The notes beneath the pieces were generated by a model that saw only the letters and a list, made by a program, of their open reading frames with translations, was not told the origin of the DNA and searched no databases. Below, piece by piece: positions 35,187 through 43,537 of a stretch of DNA of 46,753 nt (the stretch's first letter is position 1; each line of letters opens with the position of its first letter). The position numbers and the translations under genes are program-made. Origin of the DNA: an uncultured Geminicoccaceae bacterium (lineage in GTDB: Bacteria > Pseudomonadota > Alphaproteobacteria > Geminicoccales > Geminicoccaceae); contig CAYPOV010000002.1 in assembly GCA_964412385.1 (NCBI GenBank), forward strand, positions 1 to 46,753. The letters are read 5' to 3'.

Positions 35187-35750
35187 TCAGCTACTGCGTA
35201 GCGAGATTCGGTTCAGCAGATCGTTGGTTTCGGCAGAAGAGACCGGTTCAGCTCCTTCGTGACAATAGACGGCGATGAAAAGCTCATTGTAAATTTCCCG
35301 TCGGCTATCGTCGAAGGTTCGGCGATCCAGCCTCTGGAGGGCAACACAGGCGGTGTTGTCATTGTCGATTCGATAGGGCTGAACATTGATTTCACCGAGA
35401 TTGGAACCGCGCGTGGTTTCAGCTCCCTTCCAAGTAATTGAGCCTTGGTGAAAATAATCGTCAGCTTGATCGGCTGGGGGCCGCTTGAGGATGACCATAC
35501 CCGACGGCGTTTCGACTTTGGCAACCAATGTAAAGGTCGTGTCCGTTGACGCGTCCGTCGTAAAAAACGTGACGCCGTTGCGCGGATTGCGAAATTGCTC
35601 ATGAGCGACGTCGCTGCCTTCGGGTGCGTCATAGCCGAACGGCATCTCCTCTGCCGCCATCTGCTGATGACTGATGGTGGTTGAGCAACCGCTCATGGAA
35701 ACACTGACGGCCGCGGCAAGTGCTGCGAAGATTCCTAGTCTCATCCTCAT
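35187..35750 (-). CDS. Lipoprotein of unknown function
   Basis: 187 aa. The signal plus lipobox is FAALAAAVSVSMSGCS. I recognise no family motif. Confidence 0.6.
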   Translation of the reverse strand: MRMRLGIFAALAAAVSVSMSGCSTTISHQQMAAEEMPFGYDAPEGSDVAHEQFRNPRNGVTFFTTDASTDTTFTLVAKVETPSGMVILKRPPADQADDYFHQGSITWKGAETTRGSNLGEINVQPYRIDNDNTACVALQRLDRRTFDDSRREIYNELFIAVYCHEGAEPVSSAETNDLLNRISLRSS

Positions 35751-35792
35751 TCCCCTAACGCCCGATGTTGAGCCGTCAGCGTTTGTAGTCGG

Positions 35793-38174
35793 CTAGGTCG
35801 CCACTGTCGCCTTGTCTGAAACCACTTCTTTTGACGCAGTGTCGGTCTTGCCTTCGAGGCTGATATGGGCCGGCGGTGCCGAGCCGTCGCGATCGACACC
35901 GAAATAGACGGTCTGATGCGGGAACGGAATTTCGATGCCCAGATCGTCAAACCGTTGCTTGAGTCGCCGATTGAATTCGCGTGTGATCATCCATTGTGAA
36001 CCGGGGCGAACCTTGATACGGCACTTGATGTTGATCGAGCTGTCGCCGAAAGTGTCGAGCCCGAACATTTCGAGCGGCTCCAGTATTGCGCGCCGGTAAG
36101 CCCGCTCACGCCTCAAGGTTTGGCCGACCTCTTCGATGGCGCGCATGACGGAATCGACGTTTTCGCGGTAGGCCACGCCGATCACGAACACCGCATAAGA
36201 AAACTCCTTGGTCATGTTGGTGACAACATCGATGGCACTGAAGGGGATCGTATGCACATTGCCGCCAAGGTCGCGGAGCCGGACGGTGCGAATGGTAACC
36301 GCTTCGACGACACCGGATTTGCCACCCAAATCGACAACGTCGCCGACCGCGAAATTGTCTTCGATGAGATTGAAAAGCCCCGAAATTATATCCTGAACCA
36401 GTCTCTGCGAACCGAAGCCGATCGCAACACCCAAGACTCCGGCACCGGCGAGCAGAGGGGCGATATCGATCCCGAGATTGGGAAGAATCGATAGGACGCC
36501 GATCACAACCAGGGTCACGAGAATGCCGTTGCGCGCCAGAACCAGGATTGTCTGCGTGCGATTGGTCGAGCGCTCGGATCCGGCACGCTCCTGAAGTCTT
36601 CGTATATAGCTCGCGATCACTTTGCTGATGGCAAGCCAAAGCAAGTAAATGACGGTGATAGCGATTATCGATCGCATCATGGCACGGCTGAGCGCCGTTT
36701 CGCCACTGAACAGCCAACCCCAACTATTGAGGCCCCAAACCTCGAGAAACGTCAGTGCTGCAGCGACTCCGACCGCCAAGCGCAAGGCAATGAGAACAGG
36801 CGAATCGCGGCCTGATTGCGAACGATCCGCCTTGGAGGCTTCCTGAGGCTCTTCATCATCGTCATCCAGTTCCTCGAGAGCACCTCCCAGCCGGTCTTCG
36901 TTGTGTTCCAGATATTGGAGAAACCAGACGAGACCGACGAGCACCATAAAGCTCAATAAGACAGTGCCAAGGACCTGCAGGAAGAAGACCTGACCCTGCA
37001 CCACGTAAATGATGAAGAGTGCGAGCACGAACAGAATTGCCAACACATGCCAGATCTTCGAGATCTGCCGCCAGGGGATTTCGCTCCAATGCGCATGTTC
37101 GTCATCGCCGGCGAGCCGTGCAATCGCGTCGGCCACGCGTTGCCGGTTGCCGATGATAATCGTGATGAGAAAGATCAGCACCATTATTGCGAGAACGGTC
37201 TGCAAGGTGAGTCCGAGGCCGCTCGGCATGCCATAGAGCCCGAGCACCAGTATGAGCGTGCTGCCATAAACAGCGAGCCGCAACACGATGCTGAACATGC
37301 GGGTCACTTCCTTCGCAGGACCATCTCTTATGGGCACCAGTCTGGCATTCGGGCTTGTAGGCGCAAACGTCGTTCGAACCACGAGCATCATTACCTGCAC
37401 ACTAATGATGGCCGTCACCGAGGTGGCGAGCGCCCAACGCAATCGAAAGTCCGGCGATATCAGAAGGATGACAATGTTGATCGCCACGGCAAACAATAGG
37501 ATCGGCACAGCTCGAATGATCGTCAACGGGATGGCGCGCAAGAGCTTCCACAGTAGGCCGGTTTCCTCAAAACTGGCTAGCCTCCGGTCGAGGGGGCGGA
37601 GCAACCTGCCGATGCCACGGAGTACAATCAGCCCTACGAGCAATGCGCCCAAGAGACGAACCGCCACGGCCCCAAACCCCTGCCATTCTTGCCGCTCGTC
37701 GAGCGAAGTTGTCATCCAGTCGACGACTTCGGGTAAATCGTCGACGGTATTGGCTATACGCACCAATGTCTGTTCGAACGTATCGATCCGGTCCCAAACA
37801 TAAGCCTCGACTTGATCGGTTAGTCGTTCCGCAGTCGGAAGGGCTTGCTGCCAATTGAACGAAAGTCTTGGGACTTCGGCGTCCCTCTCCGTAGTTTCCG
37901 CGTCGCCAGACGGGGTTGTCCCATTTGCACTCTCATCTTGATCAGACAACACCTGGTCAAGCTGCTGTTTGAGGCCTTCGACAGCTTCCGGATTGTCCAA
38001 AATGTCTCGAAGCGCTTGCAGCTCATCGCGAGGTGTCGTGGTCTCGGAGGCAGCTGCTTGCGTCTCTGTTGACGTGTCGGACTGCGCAACCGCATGATTG
38101 ATGTTGATCAAACTCGCCACGCACAACACGATGGCGAGAACCGTGACTCGGAATCTTGCTTGCAAGAAACCCAT
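35793..38174 (-). CDS. Large mechanosensitive channel of the MscS family (MscK/MscM-like architecture)
   Basis: 793 aa. It has a signal peptide, a periplasmic acidic/coiled region and about 10-11 TM helices. The C-terminal MscS core is GSQRLVQDIISGLFNLIEDNFAVGDVVDLGGKSGVVEAVTIRTVRLRDLGGNVHTIPFS. Confidence 0.9.
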   Translation of the reverse strand: MGFLQARFRVTVLAIVLCVASLININHAVAQSDTSTETQAAASETTTPRDELQALRDILDNPEAVEGLKQQLDQVLSDQDESANGTTPSGDAETTERDAEVPRLSFNWQQALPTAERLTDQVEAYVWDRIDTFEQTLVRIANTVDDLPEVVDWMTTSLDERQEWQGFGAVAVRLLGALLVGLIVLRGIGRLLRPLDRRLASFEETGLLWKLLRAIPLTIIRAVPILLFAVAINIVILLISPDFRLRWALATSVTAIISVQVMMLVVRTTFAPTSPNARLVPIRDGPAKEVTRMFSIVLRLAVYGSTLILVLGLYGMPSGLGLTLQTVLAIMVLIFLITIIIGNRQRVADAIARLAGDDEHAHWSEIPWRQISKIWHVLAILFVLALFIIYVVQGQVFFLQVLGTVLLSFMVLVGLVWFLQYLEHNEDRLGGALEELDDDDEEPQEASKADRSQSGRDSPVLIALRLAVGVAAALTFLEVWGLNSWGWLFSGETALSRAMMRSIIAITVIYLLWLAISKVIASYIRRLQERAGSERSTNRTQTILVLARNGILVTLVVIGVLSILPNLGIDIAPLLAGAGVLGVAIGFGSQRLVQDIISGLFNLIEDNFAVGDVVDLGGKSGVVEAVTIRTVRLRDLGGNVHTIPFSAIDVVTNMTKEFSYAVFVIGVAYRENVDSVMRAIEEVGQTLRRERAYRRAILEPLEMFGLDTFGDSSINIKCRIKVRPGSQWMITREFNRRLKQRFDDLGIEIPFPHQTVYFGVDRDGSAPPAHISLEGKTDTASKEVVSDKATVAT

Positions 38175-38234
38175 CCCCTCAACTTAAAGTTGCAATTTGG
38201 CTAGCATCATCCTTGCCTGTGGACCAGATCCACG

Positions 38235-38705
38235 GTGAACAGAGTCAACAAACCTAGCGATATTGACGTCCTAGAGCTGGAAACCTTCAGACTGCCGTCA
38301 CCTCTTTGGTCGCCGGTACAGGAATTGCGGTATGAGGTCTTTGTGCTCGAACAAGGCGTGCCTGTCGAAATCGAACAGGATGATGCCGACCAAGAGGCGA
38401 CCCACTTGGTTGCCTCGCTTGATGGTAGAACCGTTGCCACGCTTCGAATTCTCGTGAGTGAAGGATATGCCAAGATCGGCCGCGTTGCCGTAGCGGAGCC
38501 GTACCGCCGTCGGGGAATTGGCCGACGAATACTTGCCGGCGCTATCCGTCATTGTCACCTGCAGGAGATCGAAAAGATCTCTCTCAATGCGCAGGTGCAG
38601 AGCAGGGCACTCTATGAGAGCCTTGGCTTTGTCGCGTCCGGTTCCATCTTCCAGGAGGCCGGTATCGACCACATTAAGATGGATCTCTGGCTGGACAGCG
38701 CCTAA
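38235..38705 (+). CDS. GNAT-family N-acetyltransferase (ElaA/YjcF-like)
   Basis: 156 aa with a GTG start in the track. It has ELRYEVFVLEQGVP and the acetyl-CoA loop RRRGIGRRIL. Confidence 0.85.
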   Translation: MNRVNKPSDIDVLELETFRLPSPLWSPVQELRYEVFVLEQGVPVEIEQDDADQEATHLVASLDGRTVATLRILVSEGYAKIGRVAVAEPYRRRGIGRRILAGAIRHCHLQEIEKISLNAQVQSRALYESLGFVASGSIFQEAGIDHIKMDLWLDSA

Positions 38706-38781
38706 GAGACGATCACACGCCGATACTCTGGCACCTCGTCCCGACATATTCCGCCAACCCGAACGCCCATCGGAGATACCC

Positions 38782-40623
38782 ATGTTGCGCTGGTTCGAAA
38801 AGCGCCTCGATCCGTTTCAACCGGGTCCCGAGGGTCCGCCGCCTGCCGGGCTCTGGGCATTTTATTGGCATCACATCAAGCAAGTCCGCCAGCATCTGGT
38901 GATTGTGCTCGCCGTCGGCCTCGTCGCGGCGCTCATCGAAGTCTCCTTGTTCGCATTTCTGGGCAGTATCGTCGACTATGTCCGCGATGCCGAGAATCCG
39001 GCACAGTTTTTTGAGCAACATGGTCTCACCTTGATCCTCATGGCGCTGGTGGCGCTGATCTTGCGTCCCATTGCCATGGGCATGCATGTCGTCGTTATCG
39101 ATCAAGTGCTGACCGCCAACTTCACCAATCTCGTGCGATGGCAAAATCACCGCTACGTGTTGCGCCAGTCGCTCTCCTTTTTCGAGAACGATTTTGCGGG
39201 CCGCATCGCCAACAAGGTGATGCAGACAGGCGCCGCGCTTCGCGAATCAGTGATGCAGGTGACCGACGCGATGTGGGTCACGAGCATCTACACCCTGAGC
39301 GCTCTCGTGCTTTTCTTGAGTAGTGACTGGCGGCTCACGATTCCGCTGGTTTTGTGGGTTTGCGTCTTTGCCACCATCCTTCGATATTTCGTGCCGCGCA
39401 TCAAAGATCGGGCGGCCATCATGTCAGAAGCCCGATCGACCCTCACGGGCCGCGTGGTCGATAGCTACACCAATATCCACACCGTCAAACTGTTTGCCCA
39501 CGCCGACCGTGAGGAAACCTATGCTAAGGAAGCGATTGCCGAGCAAAACGACCGTTTCAAGGACCAGCTTCGCCTGATCGCTTACATGGAAACCTCCGTC
39601 AGTGCAGTGAACGGGGTGCTCATCACCACAACCTGCGGCATCGCCCTCTGGCTCTGGAGCCAAGGCTTGATCAGTATTGGCACGATCGCCCTCGCCACCG
39701 GTCTCGTCATCCGCATCAACAATATGGCGGGCTGGGTGATGTGGGTCGTCACCAGTATTTTCGAGAATATCGGTACCGTCCAAGAAGGGCTCGAGACGAT
39801 CTCCCGCCCTTATCAAGTCACCGATCGCTCTGAAGCCCCGGATCTCAAAGTCGAAAAAGGCGAAATCCGCTACGACAACATCACGTTTCACTATGGAAAG
39901 GGCGCTGGTGTCATCGACAATCTGTCCCTGACGATCCAACCAGGCGAAAAAGTTGGCTTGGTTGGCCCCTCAGGTGCCGGCAAATCGACTCTGGTCAATC
40001 TACTCTTGCGATTCTATGACCTCGAAGGTGGGCGGGTTCTGATCGACGGGCAGGATATCGCCAACGTCACTCAAGAGAGCCTTCGATCGCAGATCGGCAT
40101 GGTGACCCAAGACACATCGCTATTGCACCGTTCGGTCGAAGCCAACATTGTCTATGGCCGTCCCGATGTCGACCGTGCCGAGGTCATGGCGGCTGCCGAG
40201 AGGGCCCACGCTTTGGAATTCATACCTACGTTGCGCGATCTCAATGGTAGGAGCGGTTTCGGCGCGCATGTCGGCGAGCGTGGCGTCAAGCTTTCTGGCG
40301 GACAGCGTCAGCGCATCGCGATTGCCAGGGTTCTCTTGAAGAACGCCCCCATTCTTTTGCTCGACGAGGCGACATCGGCACTCGATTCGGAGATCGAGGC
40401 CGCAATCCAAGAACAGCTCTACGAGCTGATGCGCGGCAAGACCGTGATTGCGATCGCCCATAGGCTTTCGACCATCGCGGCCATGGACCGTCTGATCGTG
40501 ATGAACCAGGGCAAGATCGTCGAAATGGGCCATCACAACGAGCTCTTGGCAGAGGGCGGTCTTTACGCGCAGCTTTGGTCGCGGCAGTCTGGCGGCTTCT
40601 TGGCAACCGAAATTGCGGCCTGA
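38782..40623 (+). CDS. Half-size ABC exporter (fused TMD-NBD, MsbA-like type)
   Basis: The track ORF starts at 38518 inside the GNAT gene. The ATG at 38782 gives MLRWFEKRLDPF and 613 aa. It has six TM helices, then Walker A GPSGAGKST, signature LSGGQRQRIAIAR and Walker B LLLDEATSALD. Confidence 0.92.
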   Translation: MLRWFEKRLDPFQPGPEGPPPAGLWAFYWHHIKQVRQHLVIVLAVGLVAALIEVSLFAFLGSIVDYVRDAENPAQFFEQHGLTLILMALVALILRPIAMGMHVVVIDQVLTANFTNLVRWQNHRYVLRQSLSFFENDFAGRIANKVMQTGAALRESVMQVTDAMWVTSIYTLSALVLFLSSDWRLTIPLVLWVCVFATILRYFVPRIKDRAAIMSEARSTLTGRVVDSYTNIHTVKLFAHADREETYAKEAIAEQNDRFKDQLRLIAYMETSVSAVNGVLITTTCGIALWLWSQGLISIGTIALATGLVIRINNMAGWVMWVVTSIFENIGTVQEGLETISRPYQVTDRSEAPDLKVEKGEIRYDNITFHYGKGAGVIDNLSLTIQPGEKVGLVGPSGAGKSTLVNLLLRFYDLEGGRVLIDGQDIANVTQESLRSQIGMVTQDTSLLHRSVEANIVYGRPDVDRAEVMAAAERAHALEFIPTLRDLNGRSGFGAHVGERGVKLSGGQRQRIAIARVLLKNAPILLLDEATSALDSEIEAAIQEQLYELMRGKTVIAIAHRLSTIAAMDRLIVMNQGKIVEMGHHNELLAEGGLYAQLWSRQSGGFLATEIAA

Positions 40624-41246
40624 TGAGCGTCATTCGCACGGCGAGTTTTGATCAACGTGGCAATATCCTGGAGATCCGTCTCGAAGCGGAGGGCGGCTTG
40701 GTTGGCCGCGGTGCTGTTGAGAACGCAGAAGATCCGGCCGCTGTCTTAGCCTCGCTCGCGGGCCGTGATCCATTTGATCTCCACGGGCTTCGTCAGATCT
40801 CTGTCCCACATCCTTTGCTGGGTGCGGCCATCGAGACCGCCTATTTCGATCTCCAGGCACAATCGTGCGGACTGACACTGGCCCACATGCTGGGTGGCGC
40901 GTTTCAAGAACGAATCTCGCTGGGGATGCGTCCCGACGCAGCCGAGATGGCCATGGCCATCGACAACCTTGATGAGCTGGCCCATGCGCTTCGAGCGCAG
41001 AGCCTCGATGTCTGGCTTGCCGATCCGATTGTCCTCGGCGGGCCATCGGCCTTTCTCAAAGGATTGGCGCTCGCCCGCACCTATCTGATCGACGTCGCAA
41101 TAGACGCAAGGCGTCATGGTGCCATCGGCGAAGCGCTGGCGATGCAACTCGCGGCCTCGAGCCGTCTCGTTAATGCTGGTGTTCTCGTCGCAAGCGGCGA
41201 AACCGGGACGAGGATGGTGTCTCAAGCGCCGGGACTTGGCCTATGA
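40623..41246 (+). CDS. Degenerate enolase-superfamily (MR/MLE, glucarate-dehydratase-like) paralogue lacking the catalytic barrel core
   Basis: 207 aa. The N-terminal capping-domain motifs (GRDPFD, AAIETAYFDLQ, LGGA) and the last barrel strands/C-terminus (LDVWLADPIVLGG, PGLGL) match the downstream full-length paralogue. The KxK, Asp, Glu, Asn and His positions are absent. Its ATG overlaps the upstream TGA and its TGA overlaps the downstream ATG. Confidence 0.6.
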   Translation: MSVIRTASFDQRGNILEIRLEAEGGLVGRGAVENAEDPAAVLASLAGRDPFDLHGLRQISVPHPLLGAAIETAYFDLQAQSCGLTLAHMLGGAFQERISLGMRPDAAEMAMAIDNLDELAHALRAQSLDVWLADPIVLGGPSAFLKGLALARTYLIDVAIDARRHGAIGEALAMQLAASSRLVNAGVLVASGETGTRMVSQAPGLGL

Positions 41247-42412
41247 AAATCGTTGCCGCCGAGCTTGATCGTGTGCGCTATCCGATGGTCGGCACCAAAG
41301 TGACCGCGCATAACGCCGTCAGCGAGCATTTTCGAACCATCGTCCGTCTTTTCACGGAGTGCGGCCGCGTCGGTCTTGGTGAATGCTCGGGCCACCCCGA
41401 TAGTTGGAGGCTCGCCGGCCTGATCGCCAAGGAGAGTCTCGGTCGCGATCCCCACGACGCAGCTCTATTCCGGTTCGACTTTGCGCGAGCGAATTTCCAT
41501 CAGCGCAATGGCCGCAATGGTTGGATCGCCTACGGTGCAATTGAAACGGCCTTCTTCGATCTTCAAGGCAAACATGCGGATCGGCCGCTGTTCGATCTCT
41601 TGGGTGGTGCCTGCCGCAAGCACATTCGGGTCGTCAAGGGACTGAGCGCCGTGCCGCTCGCAGCCGGCGCAACACGCAACGATGTCGAGAATTTTGTTGC
41701 CGATCTTGGCAATGTCGACCGGCTGGTTGGCGATGCGCGTCGCAAGCTCGGCGAGACAGGGATCGGCTCAATCAAGCTCAAGAGTGCCGCTATCAGTCCC
41801 GACTGGGACGTTGCCGCCCTTTCCGCCCTGCGCGAGGCGTTCGGGCCGGAGATGAAGTTGAGGCTCGATCCCAATGCCGGCTACAGCCCGGCCCGGGCGA
41901 TCAGCCTGTTCACTCGCCTCGACCCGCTCAATCTCGAATATTTCGAGGATCCGACGGGCGACATTGAGGGCATGGCCCGCCTCAAACGCCATCTGCGAAC
42001 ACCACTCGCCACCAATATGTGTGTCATCCAGTTCGAGCACATTCCCTGCGCCATTCAGATGAATTCTGTCGATATCGTCTTGGGCGATGTTTATCATTGG
42101 GGCGGTGTGACAGCTGTCCGTGATCTGGCGGCGGTTTGTGAGGTGATGGGACTGGGCTTTGGCATCCACAGCACGCTCGAAAGCGAGTGGGACATCGGTG
42201 TCGCCTGCAATCTTCACCTCGCGGCAGCCCTTCCGGCCGTGCGGCATGCCATCGACGGTCACTTTCCTTCCGCTGACGGCGGGATCGTCAAGGAACAATT
42301 AAAGGTCAAAGATGGCGCGATTACCGTTCCCGAAGGTCCTGGTCTTGGCGTCACGCTTGATGAGGCGAAGATCCAGAGCCTCTCGGTTGACCGTCAGTCC
42401 CTCTCCCTTTGA
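41243..42412 (+). CDS. Enolase-superfamily dehydratase, glucarate-dehydratase (GlucD) subgroup-like
   Basis: 389 aa. It has KxK (SIKLKS) and metal-ligand segments RLDPNAGYS, LEYFEDP and LATNM. It also has DIVLGDVYHWGG (His-Asp dyad region) and PEGPGLGV. These align by eye with E. coli GudD. Confidence 0.86.
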   Translation: MKIVAAELDRVRYPMVGTKVTAHNAVSEHFRTIVRLFTECGRVGLGECSGHPDSWRLAGLIAKESLGRDPHDAALFRFDFARANFHQRNGRNGWIAYGAIETAFFDLQGKHADRPLFDLLGGACRKHIRVVKGLSAVPLAAGATRNDVENFVADLGNVDRLVGDARRKLGETGIGSIKLKSAAISPDWDVAALSALREAFGPEMKLRLDPNAGYSPARAISLFTRLDPLNLEYFEDPTGDIEGMARLKRHLRTPLATNMCVIQFEHIPCAIQMNSVDIVLGDVYHWGGVTAVRDLAAVCEVMGLGFGIHSTLESEWDIGVACNLHLAAALPAVRHAIDGHFPSADGGIVKEQLKVKDGAITVPEGPGLGVTLDEAKIQSLSVDRQSLSL

Positions 42413-43034
42413 CGAAAGGGTGACCGAACGGCAGCCATTTTGAGGTGTGTCGTGCGTAATCGCCAAACGAAGCACCGTGCCGATTCTCGAGAATCCGCTC
42501 TTCAACACTGACCTGCGCCAAGACCGCCCACATGCCTACGATCAGGCAAATCAACGAGAAAAGCGAAGGCAGGGCCAAAAAGAACCCCAATTGTCCTAGA
42601 AGCACACAAAGCATCATAGGATGGCGCGAAAAGGCGAACGCGCCCTTGGTCAAGAGTTCCGTCTCGTCCCAGTCTCGCGTCCCCGAACGCCAATTTCGAC
42701 CCATGGTGAGGTTCAAAAAAAGGATCGCGAAGAATGCTGCCAAGAGGAAGGTATTGCCCACCATGAGCACGGCCGGATGCCAGAGAATGTCAAATGGCAC
42801 GATGAATTGATCAAAAGGCGGCCAGATGAGGCGACCAACACAAACGCCGAGGATCAACGCGCGAAAGACCCTAAAAGCGATGTGCGAAGCATAGTGGAGT
42901 GTTCCGGGAGCGCCCTTAAAGACTGGCGACTTGTGCAAACTTCGGGTGAGGATGGCGATGCGAAACCAGTAGAAGATCGCAACCCCGGCAAAGAAGAACG
43001 CCAGGAACCAGCGAGTGAATTCGATCGTGTCCAC
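42351..43034 (-). CDS. ICMT/PEMT-like membrane methyltransferase family protein
   Basis: 227 aa and polytopic. The C-terminal domain segments FSRHPMMLCVLLGQLGFFLAL and EERILENRHGASFGDYARHT are typical of the isoprenylcysteine carboxyl methyltransferase-like family. The last ~20 codons overlap the convergent dehydratase gene. Confidence 0.78.
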   Translation of the reverse strand: MDTIEFTRWFLAFFFAGVAIFYWFRIAILTRSLHKSPVFKGAPGTLHYASHIAFRVFRALILGVCVGRLIWPPFDQFIVPFDILWHPAVLMVGNTFLLAAFFAILFLNLTMGRNWRSGTRDWDETELLTKGAFAFSRHPMMLCVLLGQLGFFLALPSLFSLICLIVGMWAVLAQVSVEERILENRHGASFGDYARHTSKWLPFGHPFVKGRGTDGQPRGSGSSPHQA

Positions 43035-43223
43035 GGGGAGTTCTCGTAGTCTTGTTTCTTTAGTGAAGTCTCATTGGGTTTCAGTGCGCAATCGCGATCG
43101 GCGACCGCAACAATGCCACCTACAACCATCTCAACTTCTTACCTCGTTCGCCGTTCGCTGCAAACAAGTGTTTCTCGGGAGTCGTCGAATAGTTCCACGT
43201 TCTCTCGATGTGAGCGGGCAGGC

Positions 43224-43267
43224 TGTCAATGATTAATGACAACAAAAAGCGTCATCTTAGCTTGACA
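43224..43267 (+). promoter_or_regulatory. Two PpsR/CrtJ-type palindromes spaced 8 nt apart: TGTCAATGATTAATGACA (43224-43241) and CGTCATCTTAGCTTGACA (43250-43267)
   Basis: The first matches the TGT-N12-ACA consensus exactly. The second matches at 5 of the 6 consensus positions (CGT-N12-ACA). They lie 82-125 nt upstream of pucB, and the second overlaps a TTGACA hexamer. Confidence 0.55.
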
Positions 43268-43291
43268 CATGTGGGCTGGTCGCCGTAGCTT
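43262..43291 (+). promoter_or_regulatory. Candidate sigma70-type puc promoter: -35 TTGACA (43262-43267), 18-nt spacer, -10 TAGCTT (43286-43291)
   Basis: The hexamers were read directly. This would give a ~50-nt leader containing a CCTCGG-N12-CCGAGG hairpin (43299-43322) and the pucB RBS GAGGGAG. Confidence 0.35.
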
Positions 43292-43348
43292 ACAAGGGCC
43301 TCGGGAGCCTATTCGACCGAGGGGGAGTGTGTATCGAGGGAGAAACAC

Positions 43349-43525
43349 ATGGCTGAACAGCAAACCGCCGATTTGGACGATCCCAATCGGATTTGGCCGA
43401 CCGGTCTCACGATTCGCGAGTCGGAAGAGCTACATAAGCACATCATTGATGGTGCGCGCGTATTTTTTGTCATTTCATTGTTCGCTCATCTACTGGCGTT
43501 CGCGTTTACGCCTTGGGGAAGTTAA
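43349..43525 (+). CDS. pucB: Light-harvesting complex 2 beta polypeptide
   Basis: 58 aa, below the ORF-track cut-off. Translation is [58 protein letters not shown]. It shares WP(S/T)GLT, E-E-x-HK, G-x-RVF, the BChl-ligand AH and the C-terminal TPW with Rhodobacter sphaeroides PucB. The RBS GAGGGAG lies 6 nt upstream. Confidence 0.9.
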   Translation: MAEQQTADLDDPNRIWPTGLTIRESEELHKHIIDGARVFFVISLFAHLLAFAFTPWGS

Positions 43526-43537
43526 GGAGAAAGTCTG

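Noticed and set aside
43035-43348. FnrL (TTGAT-N4-ATCAA) or RegA/PrrA sites upstream of pucB
   Set aside because: No TTGAT or ATCAA half-site pair is present in the region. GC-rich segments such as GCGCAATCGCGATCGGCGACCGC are too loosely related to the degenerate RegA consensus to call by eye.
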